Shown here: in pieces, positions 56,097-64,000 of the stretch
Numbering within the stretch: the stretch's first letter is position 1
Layout of the letters: the number at the start of each line of letters is the position of its first letter
Source of the DNA: a virus
Reading direction: 5' to 3' (one strand)
Length of the DNA: 64,000 nt
Virus record (IMG/VR): IMGVR_UViG_3300028920_000043
Span: 47,211 to 111,210 of that record
Translations under genes and position numbers: made by a program
The notes under the pieces: generated by a model
Seen by the model: the letters and a program-made list of their open reading frames with translations, nothing else
The model's database searches: none
Told to the model about the DNA's origin: nothing

Positions 56097-57242
56097 TCAA
56101 ACACCAATAATCAAATCGCTTCCTTTCTCTTTCCATCCTTTGAGTTCTCTGGTTATCAGATTGCATTGCTTACACCGATCAACCATATCAACTCCTTCCC
56201 CTCCGAACTCGCACGTTTCACAGCTCTTCTTCAATGTGCTGACCATCTTGACTTCTTTTTCCATAATGCTTTCCACCGCGGATCTATAATTTGCAAACCA
56301 ACCGACCATAAGCGCTTCATCAATGTCAGCAATGGTCCAGTTATTGCGTTTGATATGCGCCATGAACTCACGAGCCCATACCATTGCATCATTCGACTGA
56401 GTAAACGGCATCGGCTCCTCTTTCTTAGAGTGTACCGAATTGTTGCACGGTAGATTCTGATCGGATGTTCCATAACCGTCACAGTCCGGACAGTCTATTT
56501 TTTCTGGCTCTTCTTTTGGATAAACTTCAGAAAATGGTTTCTGAAGTTCCTTTTGCTTCCAATTAGGAAAGTTGCCTCCTTTCCTGTTTGCATCCTTGCA
56601 ACTGATACAGAGACAAGAGTCTTTATCAATTTTTTCATATCGGCAAGTTTTGCATCCTCTGTCATTCCTTAAGATATCCTCGGGCACATCAATACTTACT
56701 TCAGGCGCGGCCCTAATAATCAACTTCTTTCCAATCCAGTCCCCCACTCGAAATCCCTCAATATCCAGATTATAATAATATTTTCCTTTTAATTGCTCCA
56801 ACTGATATATTATGTTCTCTACTCTTTCATCTTGTGTAAACTTAAACTCAACTACCCCCAATGGATTTACCTCATCTTCTCTGAAACCATCCGGAGCATT
56901 CTTTGGTAAGAATACCCAGGCCTGCTTCAGTAACTCATCCACATCATCCGTCCACTTCGTTCCGACACCACAGTTCTTTTCGTTCGGCGTGCATCCACTG
57001 CAGTATCCGGTTTGCTTGTCCTCAAATACGCAACCCTCACACTTAATCTTCTTTCGTTGGGCCAATATATTCAGATGATCCCCTAGATCATCAGTCGTCT
57101 TAATAGTTCCCGGTTTCGGTTTCAGCAATTCATATATCTCAATCAAATCATCAATGTCTCGAACACTGACATCCGAGTACCTCTTATTCAGAATCTCCTG
57201 AACTCGTGCTTCCATTCCTTCATTAGTTATTGGCGCGTTCAT
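56097..57242 (-). CDS. multi-module Cys-rich hypothetical protein
   Basis: Several CxxC..CxxC..W modules and a DA.VWA.EF...DE..M.GWFAN segment. Confidence 0.65.
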   Translation of the reverse strand: MNAPITNEGMEARVQEILNKRYSDVSVRDIDDLIEIYELLKPKPGTIKTTDDLGDHLNILAQRKKIKCEGCVFEDKQTGYCSGCTPNEKNCGVGTKWTDDVDELLKQAWVFLPKNAPDGFREDEVNPLGVVEFKFTQDERVENIIYQLEQLKGKYYYNLDIEGFRVGDWIGKKLIIRAAPEVSIDVPEDILRNDRGCKTCRYEKIDKDSCLCISCKDANRKGGNFPNWKQKELQKPFSEVYPKEEPEKIDCPDCDGYGTSDQNLPCNNSVHSKKEEPMPFTQSNDAMVWAREFMAHIKRNNWTIADIDEALMVGWFANYRSAVESIMEKEVKMVSTLKKSCETCEFGGEGVDMVDRCKQCNLITRELKGWKEKGSDLIIGV

Positions 57243-57272
57243 TTCTAAATCCTCCGCCGGATCATAATAATA

Positions 57273-57518
57273 CTACTTTTCAGTTTTCTTGAGTAGCTCT
57301 TCCACTCGCTCCAAAGTCTCTTTCATATGTTTATGATGATCCATGATATTTCTCATATGCTTATGGCACTGCGTTTCTTTTTCCTCATGGCGTTTTAACA
57401 GCTTCTTTATTCTTGCAGTATCCATAAAGCTTAAAACATAATGCAATACTTCTATTACTATATGAACCACCAAAACAATAGTAAGTACTGCGCTTAATAT
57501 CGTTGAATAATCGCTCAT
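57273..57518 (-). CDS. small membrane protein
   Basis: N-terminal transmembrane segment. Confidence 0.55.
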   Translation of the reverse strand: MSDYSTILSAVLTIVLVVHIVIEVLHYVLSFMDTARIKKLLKRHEEKETQCHKHMRNIMDHHKHMKETLERVEELLKKTEK

Positions 57519-57536
57519 GGTATCCTACTCTCTTTG

Positions 57537-57572
57537 AAAAAAGGTGGCGGTGCCGTGGTCAACACCGCCACC
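57537..57572 (-). terminator. intrinsic terminator
   Basis: 10-bp stem GGTGGCGGTG/CACCGCCACC followed by T6 on the minus strand. Confidence 0.85.
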
Positions 57573-57583
57573 AACTGGTTACT

Positions 57584-57718
57584 CTACTTCTTTTTCGGCT
57601 GTCTCGATGTTCCGCGGTTTCCAACACCGCCGCCGCTTCCGTCCCTCCTGCGGGTTCCGCCACAGGCACCACGGTCTCCGCGTCCGGCGTTTCCACGAGA
57701 TGTGGCTTTCTTAGCCAT
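57584..57718 (-). CDS. 44-aa Gly/Arg-rich basic peptide (absent from the ORF track)
   Basis: GGAGGTGA RBS; MAKKATSRGNAGRGDRGACGGTRRRDGSGGGVGNRGTSRQPKKK; followed by a terminator. Confidence 0.7.
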   Translation of the reverse strand: MAKKATSRGNAGRGDRGACGGTRRRDGSGGGVGNRGTSRQPKKK

Positions 57719-58107
57719 GTCTTACTCACCTCCTTTCTGTTTCCATAAATTGTATTTCTTGAGATTCTGCTACTTTCTTTTTTAAGGCGTTCATAATTAT
57801 CTCGCGTTTCTTTTCTTCACTGATCATAACCGGTTTGATTTTCTTGAGCTCCTCATCCAGCTTATCGTGATCCGTATGGATGCAATAGTAACAGATGCTT
57901 CCGTACTTCGTGCTGTATATCTCGCGCACACGAAAGTGCCAACAATACCTACAGTAAAACGCGAAACCGCGCAAGTACGCCGCATACCCGAGTGGATCTT
58001 TGATCACTGCTTTAATGAAACCGACCGTTCTGTTTTTCATTATTGAATCCCCACCCATATTAGAAATAGCCAATACAAAAAGATATATAATAATCCTTCA
58101 AGCATTC

Positions 58108-58374
58108 TCATTTCTTATTCCTGTATCGTTTCAAAGTTTCGTCTGCTTGTTCATCCGTGAGCATGACAACATTGGTCCGATCTTCCAGCAACACACTGCC
58201 CGGCATCTTACCATGACCGCAACACGAAGCAACCGGACGAAACCCACCGGCTTCCAATGCGGCCACCAATCGAGCAATGCAATAATCAACATACACTACC
58301 CGACCGTTCACTGCCATAGGTACGCAGTGCTCATAAGTTCCACAATTACAGCATCTATCTGGCTTGTCCAACAC
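58108..58374 (-). CDS. hypothetical protein
   Basis: VDYCIA.LV.AL...G.R..ASCCGHG, a recurrent phage motif. Confidence 0.6.
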   Translation of the reverse strand: MLDKPDRCCNCGTYEHCVPMAVNGRVVYVDYCIARLVAALEAGGFRPVASCCGHGKMPGSVLLEDRTNVVMLTDEQADETLKRYRNKK

Positions 58375-58378
58375 TTCA

Positions 58379-58657
58379 TCAATCCTCTAATTCAAATTCA
58401 AAAACATCCCACGCCGCAAACTGCGCATAATTCTTATAATCGTCTTGCATGAATCTATCCACCACGCGCTCACCATCGTCCAACACTACCACTTCAATCT
58501 TCTTGAACTTCTTTCTCGCTTCCATTGCATCCTTGACCAATTCTTTTCTGTGTTTCAATATCGCGCGCCATGCATTCTTCCGCGTCTTGTGCAAACTCAA
58601 GACACCATAAGCACTTTCAAACGTCATAGGATTATACATGGCGGCATATATCTTCAT
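58379..58657 (-). CDS. hypothetical protein
   Basis: Y....YN....ESA...LSLH.T..A pattern. Confidence 0.6.
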   Translation of the reverse strand: MKIYAAMYNPMTFESAYGVLSLHKTRKNAWRAILKHRKELVKDAMEARKKFKKIEVVVLDDGERVVDRFMQDDYKNYAQFAAWDVFEFELED

Positions 58658-58662
58658 TCCGC

Positions 58663-59139
58663 TTATCCATTGTTTTCGAGTTTTTTGACCTGCGCGTAAG
58701 TATTTATTAAAATCGCTTTGATCTCATCCGAATATTCGAACCGCTCTTGATTTTGTTTGATACTATTCATCATATTCCCGTCTTCGTGTCTCTTCGTTGC
58801 GGCCATCCAATCACAAAACATTTCCAGCAGATCAATCAATGACATTCCACTGATGCCATTCACGAAGTGTTCCGGATGATGACGATTGATCAAGTAGTGG
58901 TGTTGCAATGCCGGCTCCATTCGCTTCATGCACTCCTTATACTCGTCTGATCCATACGTCATTTGCCACAGCTTCAGCGTGTATTCGGCAAACACGTCAA
59001 ACTCCTCATCTCCCAGCTTGGAATCATCGTGCTTGGAAGCCCGTTCGGCAAGCTCTTTAACGCATAATGCCAGTAACCGTCCCACTTCCATCTTATGCAA
59101 CAAAGTCTTCTTTATGCAATTCACTTTTTTCTTATCCAA
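58663..59139 (-). CDS. DUF5662-like HD-related protein
   Basis: HDDSKL...HHY..NRHHPEHF..GI..M.LIDL.EM.CDW.AA. Confidence 0.75.
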   Translation of the reverse strand: MDKKKVNCIKKTLLHKMEVGRLLALCVKELAERASKHDDSKLGDEEFDVFAEYTLKLWQMTYGSDEYKECMKRMEPALQHHYLINRHHPEHFVNGISGMSLIDLLEMFCDWMAATKRHEDGNMMNSIKQNQERFEYSDEIKAILINTYAQVKKLENNG

Positions 59140-59153
59140 TTCCTTCTCCTTTC

Positions 59154-60080
59154 TTATTCCTTTTCATCCACCAACTTTTTGAAAAACTTCATGGCTTCCC
59201 TGGCATATTTTTTATCGTATCGATAACTGGGACTTCTCTTCTTCAATATCTTGAATAGATCGTGCAGTATCGGATACAAATCTTTTTCGTCTGTCGATCC
59301 GTACCGATCCAATATAAAATGCCCGTCTTCGTTGGTATTGGTAAGTAGGTGACACGCCAATGGAAATATCTTCACCAAGAACTTCTGAAACGCCTCCCGG
59401 GTGCCTACCATGCATTGTCTTATCTGTTCTATATTTTCTTGTTGCGCTTTATCCGGACTGGCCGTATTCAAATCACTTTCTATTTCGTCCACCGTTTTAT
59501 CATAAGGATACCAATGCTTGTGCCCGTTCCTGTGAAGATATTTCTTAACGGCAGTAAACACTCTCATCTTTTCTTTATAATCGTCTCCGTTCCGTATTTC
59601 ATTAATCAAGTTCTTTCTTTTAAGCCCGGTGGCATTGAAACAAGAACGCACTATGGACGCCCAGAACATATCGTCAGCCTTTACCCTTCTTTTTATCTTC
59701 GCGTGCTTCTTGATCACCAAGCGCTTTCCACGCATGACCATCCATCCGCACCCCTCCGGTATTTCGTCTTCCGACTTCACCACGTCTTTGGCAGTGGCAT
59801 ACCAAAACTCGTGGCAACACTTCTTGAAGAATTCGTTCTTCCCTCCTTTTTTCAATTCACTGATGAAGTCTCCCCTACTGATCTTTATTTCAAATGCCGA
59901 TCTGATCAATCCGTCCGATGGCCACAGACTGATTACCAATGCGTCTATCCAGGAACGACCGCGGTACCCGGTCCCTTCGTTCACTTCCCTCAACACGGCA
60001 AAGCGTTGAGGATCATCGAACTTACTTTCGATGGCATTGAATACGTCTTCTGCTGTAATCGGTTTCTTTTCTTTTACCAT
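59154..60080 (-). CDS. PD-(D/E)xK nuclease-like protein (MmcB-like)
   Basis: EV...G....IDA.....WPS....AFEIKISRGDF..E and EIPEGCG.M motifs. Confidence 0.7.
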   Translation of the reverse strand: MVKEKKPITAEDVFNAIESKFDDPQRFAVLREVNEGTGYRGRSWIDALVISLWPSDGLIRSAFEIKISRGDFISELKKGGKNEFFKKCCHEFWYATAKDVVKSEDEIPEGCGWMVMRGKRLVIKKHAKIKRRVKADDMFWASIVRSCFNATGLKRKNLINEIRNGDDYKEKMRVFTAVKKYLHRNGHKHWYPYDKTVDEIESDLNTASPDKAQQENIEQIRQCMVGTREAFQKFLVKIFPLACHLLTNTNEDGHFILDRYGSTDEKDLYPILHDLFKILKKRSPSYRYDKKYAREAMKFFKKLVDEKE

Positions 60081-60086
60081 TCCACG

Positions 60087-60659
60087 TTACTTTCTTGCAT
60101 CGGTCTTATATTCCTCCTTGCTTTTCCAGTTTCTGTAAAGACCCGACTGATGGTCGCAGTCTTTACAAGGATTTCCTCCTTTCAATTCTTCGCGCTCCCA
60201 CGATCCCATTTCAGCAAACCGGCAAGTGTTGCAACACTTTTCCTTCCAAGCTAACTGCTCTTCAATCGTCTGCACTCCTCCATCCGCGTGCTCACCAGGA
60301 AACAATCCCATGGATATGAGTTTTGCGTCTTTGATAACACGTATCTTCTTTTCTTCGACTTCTACCAGTTCCATGCACGATCCGATCCGCATCTTCCCCA
60401 AATCGAGTTCCTCGGTATTTACGACCGTTACCGTTCCGCGTACCGCATCACCATCTATTCTCAGATCACTCACCGATCCGATTCGCTTGTTTCTTTTCGC
60501 GTCAAGATTAAACCCGAGTACCAACGGTAACACCATACCGTTCTTATTCGCTTCCGTTATCATTTCTTCCATCACTTCTTTTGTGATCAAATCACCGTTC
60601 TTGTCCACATGACCCACCCGTCCCACGCATATTCCTCTCATTTCAATCGTTTTTTCCAT
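60087..60659 (-). CDS. hypothetical protein, possibly a degenerate prohead-protease fold with a Cys-rich tail
   Basis: VDKNGDLITKE...PLV..F.....IGSV..L....D.V.G pattern. Confidence 0.45.
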   Translation of the reverse strand: MEKTIEMRGICVGRVGHVDKNGDLITKEVMEEMITEANKNGMVLPLVLGFNLDAKRNKRIGSVSDLRIDGDAVRGTVTVVNTEELDLGKMRIGSCMELVEVEEKKIRVIKDAKLISMGLFPGEHADGGVQTIEEQLAWKEKCCNTCRFAEMGSWEREELKGGNPCKDCDHQSGLYRNWKSKEEYKTDARK

Positions 60660-60739
60660 AGTATCCGCCTCCCTTGCATGTCCGCACGCTTAAAATCGCT
60701 GTCCACAGCGCTCTTTAATACATCACCATGAGGTTTGTA

Positions 60740-60985
60740 TCATGTTCCGCATTTCGAGTCCGTATTGCCGGTTATTTTGCGGCACTCACTGTCCTTGAAC
60801 GGCACCGATACTTCATAATTCCGAACTGATATTCCAGGACTCGTGATTTTGCGTCTGCACTTGCATGCCACACAAACGATAATCCACTGATAATTCGGCT
60901 TCTGTATGTAGAACTCGTCACATCCACAAAAGCACTTCAAGTTCTCGTGCTGCATCGCCAATCTCCTTTCCACGCTTTTGCTCAT
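60740..60985 (-). CDS. zinc-ribbon hypothetical protein
   Basis: CFCGC...CVAC. Confidence 0.5.
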   Translation of the reverse strand: MSKSVERRLAMQHENLKCFCGCDEFYIQKPNYQWIIVCVACKCRRKITSPGISVRNYEVSVPFKDSECRKITGNTDSKCGT

Positions 60986-60988
60986 TTC

Positions 60989-61270
60989 TCACTTCCCCGA
61001 GTATTCGGCAATCTTGTTAATCGCATAAACGATAACCCACACCGCGCAAACGAAGAAAGCGAAATACCAAAACCAATCCATTGCTTTAATATGCCACGGT
61101 CTTCCGTTGTCCTGACTGTATACCACGACTTCCGCGCCCAACTCGTCCAACTGCGCTTTGAACTTTCGCTCTATGGCATGTTTCAGATCGTCCATGCTTT
61201 CTTGTTTCATTTCTTTTTTCAGTTGCTTGATCCTCACTTCGTTTGTTTCACTTGTTTCCTTCTCGTTCAT
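60989..61270 (-). CDS. membrane protein
   Basis: C-terminal transmembrane segment. Confidence 0.55.
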   Translation of the reverse strand: MNEKETSETNEVRIKQLKKEMKQESMDDLKHAIERKFKAQLDELGAEVVVYSQDNGRPWHIKAMDWFWYFAFFVCAVWVIVYAINKIAEYSGK

Positions 61271-61469
61271 TCTTCACTCCCCTCAAGACATTCCAAGCAA
61301 ATATCGAAATCTTCATCAATGCAAAACTCGCACACCATCCTCCCGCACGCTTCGCACTTGAACCGATCATCGTCTGCCATATCGCCTTCGCATATAGGAC
61401 ACAATACAGGCCAATCCATATATCTATTCCTTTGCTGTGATCACACAGGCTGTCTACAGCGCACTTTGT

Positions 61470-61898
61470 TTACTGTTCAATGCGTTTACTTGCCAAGAAC
61501 ACTGCCTTCTTAAACAGCGTATTAAAATCGGGATGCTCATATCCCGTACCGAACCCACTCATCTGATTAGATACTTTGTTCTCTTCACAATCCAATATAG
61601 CGCGCTTCAGCACATTGACCGCATAGCTCAGACGACTCAATTCCTTCAACGCGGCATCCACCGGTGTTTCTTTAATCGCTTCATGCTCAATGTCCTGACC
61701 CATCAATCCCTTTGTCAACTTGTCCAGTTCCAGTACTGCCTTACTGCGTCCTTCATCATCCGCCATGACTGAATACGACTGTTCCATATGCTCGCACCAT
61801 TCCAACACCAAATCAATAAACTCGTCTTGTCGCCCGTTCTCCTTTGCCCGCGCCCCCAGCACTTTCAAATCGTCATACGTTATTTTCACTGTACTCAT
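61470..61898 (-). CDS. hypothetical protein
   Basis: GGAG RBS leader; co-oriented. Confidence 0.6.
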   Translation of the reverse strand: MSTVKITYDDLKVLGARAKENGRQDEFIDLVLEWCEHMEQSYSVMADDEGRSKAVLELDKLTKGLMGQDIEHEAIKETPVDAALKELSRLSYAVNVLKRAILDCEENKVSNQMSGFGTGYEHPDFNTLFKKAVFLASKRIEQ

Positions 61899-61910
61899 GG
61901 CTTGGACTCC

Positions 61911-62078
61911 TCATGCATTATTACTGAATTTATCAATATGCTTTCGTAATCTATCTCTAAATTTTAACAGCATATTCCATTCCTTATCCTTTGTTGAAAA
62001 ATAACAACTGGCTACCTGTTCACATTTACAAGCAACCTCCCTTAACTTACTCAACTGTTTTGTTGTTCTTATCTTCAT
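61911..62078 (-). CDS. hypothetical protein (55 aa; absent from the ORF track)
   Basis: MKIRTTKQLSKLREVACKCEQ...; same GGAGTCCAAGCC leader as the downstream gene. Confidence 0.55.
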   Translation of the reverse strand: MKIRTTKQLSKLREVACKCEQVASCYFSTKDKEWNMLLKFRDRLRKHIDKFSNNA

Positions 62079-62091
62079 GGCTTGGACTCCC

Positions 62092-62274
62092 TTACAATTC
62101 CTTCACGTCAATAATGTGAAGATCATACGCTATGCGTTCTTTGTATTCCGTTTTAATTCTAAAGCTACGACCGCAACATTTGGACACTCTTGTATGAATA
62201 CCGTTGTACCTCACCCGTTTGTATTTTTGACATATCGGACATTGCCACGCATATCTATGAAAGTTTATCTTCAT
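62092..62274 (-). CDS. zinc-ribbon hypothetical protein
   Basis: WQCPIC...KCCG; start placed at the repeated leader. Confidence 0.55.
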   Translation of the reverse strand: MKINFHRYAWQCPICQKYKRVRYNGIHTRVSKCCGRSFRIKTEYKERIAYDLHIIDVKEL

Positions 62275-62290
62275 GGCTTTGGATTCCTTA

Positions 62291-62527
62291 TCATTTTGTG
62301 TACTCCTTATCTCCTTCAATAGCCGCTTTCGCTTCCTTATCCTTAAACCCGCAGAACATACAATCATCATTATGTCCCACGGTCATTACATTCTCCAACG
62401 TATCCAACAGCTTCAGGTGCCGTGTTTCCAATTTCCCATACTCCGCCTTCAATTGCTCCTCCGCATCCTTCAACCGCGTTATCTCCTCAACTGCCCGCGC
62501 GCTCATACTCGAATCAATCATAACCAT
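62291..62527 (-). CDS. hypothetical protein
   Basis: GGAGG RBS; coiled coil followed by H..DC.FC. Confidence 0.55.
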   Translation of the reverse strand: MVMIDSSMSARAVEEITRLKDAEEQLKAEYGKLETRHLKLLDTLENVMTVGHNDDCMFCGFKDKEAKAAIEGDKEYTK

Positions 62528-62529
62528 AT

Positions 62530-63750
62530 CTCAATCCTCCGTACCGCGTTTCCATCAGTTCAAGACGCACAGTCCCAGTCAGTCATATGTTATACCCGGT
62601 ATTCTCAAATCTTGTACGAGAATCTCCAGCCATAGACCCGTATGTAAAAAACCGGTACTACTTGACTTTTTCCCGAGGGGGTACCCGGTGCCGTTCGATA
62701 TGCGTATATACCCGTCCATTCCCGTTGTCATACGTTCATTCCTTTCCTTTGTTTGTTCTTATTCGCCTTTACAATGCTTACTGTGCTTTGAAGGTCTCAA
62801 GTATACTGAAGCCCTGTCCGTTTATTCGCGTATATCCATTACTGTGCTTCAATGTACTTAAAGGGCTTTGAAGCCTTGTAGTCCTATCGAAGGTTTATTA
62901 TTCTATGACGACTGATTCTCCATAATACTTCGTTGTACTTGTTGCCTTCGCAAGTCCTCAAGTCGTCTGCAGTCCTGTTGCTGTTTATTCGGTATTCGTG
63001 CATAATTCTAAAAAAGGAGCCAGTTCATTAGCTTTCACGCATGAAAGCTTTTAAGCTGATGCTGTTTGAATACTCCTTATGGATTATATCGATAATCACG
63101 CCTTCATTGCCTTGTTGCCTTCACAAGTCCCATAGTCGTATCAAGGCGTATTCACGCATAATAGTTCAGAGTGGCCCAGTTCATTAGCTTTCACGCATGA
63201 AAGCTTCTGTATCTGCATATGACTCAAGTCGTGTGCAGTATTATGAAGCATACCCGGTATTCCTTGCGCTTGTGTTGTCATGCAATCGTATAGCGTGCAA
63301 TACACCTTTATAGTACTCGGTATACTTCAAAGGTCCGTAGTCGTTTGAAGTCATATGCGATAATAACGCAACAAACGTCCATATGACTTAAGTCGTATTC
63401 AGCCCTTTAAGCCCTGTTTATTCGTTATGACATTATTGAGTGATTGAAAGAAGGTTCTCCGGTACTCCATAGAGCTTTAAGCAGGCACTGTTCCAACGTA
63501 CCTCAAACCTCACTTTCTATACTGTTTTACCGGGCTGTGCATACCGGGTATATACCGTGTAAACAAATAGTAAATGTTTTATTGTGTTATCGTATGTATC
63601 TACAGCTATTCCTGTAAGTATCATGTATTATGCTATTGTATCGTTTCCTTATGCGTTATTCGTTTGAATGCCTTCCATATCCCAAAAAAAATAAGAATCC
63701 TCCTGTGGATACCCTTGTGCTTTTAGTTTTTTAGCCATATCTAACGACAC
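62530..63750. promoter_or_regulatory. long non-coding region with degenerate repeats (candidate control, origin or packaging region)
   Basis: No minus-strand ORF of 60 aa or more; repeated AGTCGT and GTTTATTCG motifs and two palindrome copies. Confidence 0.5.
63017..63204. repeat. palindromic element, copies 6-7 (cores 63031-63048 and 63187-63204), 156-bp period
   Basis: ccagttcattaGCTTTCACGCATGAAAGCtt, twice. Confidence 0.9.
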
Positions 63751-63754
63751 CACA

Positions 63755-63940
63755 TTAGGTTTCATCCTCTTTCTCCTTTTCTTCAAACTTTTTCTTAGCA
63801 ATTAGATGTCTACGCAAAGAATCATCATAATCCTTCTGCATTATTGCCTTTAATTCTTCCCACGTTTTTGGTTCATGGCAAACAATTCTAAGACTCATCC
63901 TTACCTTTCCTTCTCTTGTTCGAGTTGACATATCTCCCAT
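63755..63940 (-). CDS. hypothetical protein
   Basis: Short co-oriented ORF. Confidence 0.4.
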   Translation of the reverse strand: MGDMSTRTREGKVRMSLRIVCHEPKTWEELKAIMQKDYDDSLRRHLIAKKKFEEKEKEDET

Positions 63941-64000
63941 TGCTTATCTGCTTTATTCCTCATCGTGTCCTTCAAACGACATCTGGCAATGCGGACAACA

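Noticed and set aside
137-62871. All other plus-strand ORFs in the track, including 59349..60254 and 62190..62861
   Set aside because: They mostly overlap well-supported minus-strand genes and show no recognisable motifs.
1-64000. tRNA/rRNA genes, integrase or transposase, or stop-codon reassignment
   Set aside because: None recognised by eye; core genes are intact in the standard code, and genes end in TAA, TGA and TAG.

Overview
The window is a 64-kb segment of a tailed dsDNA phage (Caudoviricetes) of siphovirus type, with no sheath gene seen. Essentially all real genes lie on the minus strand. In transcription order (right to left) it holds: a ~1.2-kb non-coding region of degenerate repeats (62.5-63.7 kb); ~35 small accessory genes, many with CxxC motifs (48.5-62.5 kb); a GT4 glycosyltransferase, terminase large subunit and portal; a ~14-kb block of holin-like and fibre/decoration-like genes; a MuF/gp7 minor head protein with a C-terminal ADP-ribosyltransferase; prohead protease-scaffold and HK97-fold major capsid protein; a sugar-synthesis/methyltransferase/glycosyltransferase block; neck genes, tail tube, frameshifted tail chaperone and tape measure; and LamG-domain fibre genes separated by two sulfotransferases. 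Two things stand out. (1) Eleven glycan-building or glycan-modifying genes (GT4, GT2, CgeB-like, Maf-like, RmlC, RmlD, SDR, two methyltransferases, two sulfotransferases) are interleaved with the head, neck, tail and fibre modules, suggesting a phage-encoded virion glycosylation/sulfation system. (2) An 18-bp parS-like palindrome, GCTTTCA-CGCA-TGAAAGC, occurs seven times and only between genes; two 65-bp-period pairs form an inverted repeat around an 18-kb segment. All product calls come from motif recognition by eye; no database searches were run and the host cannot be determined.
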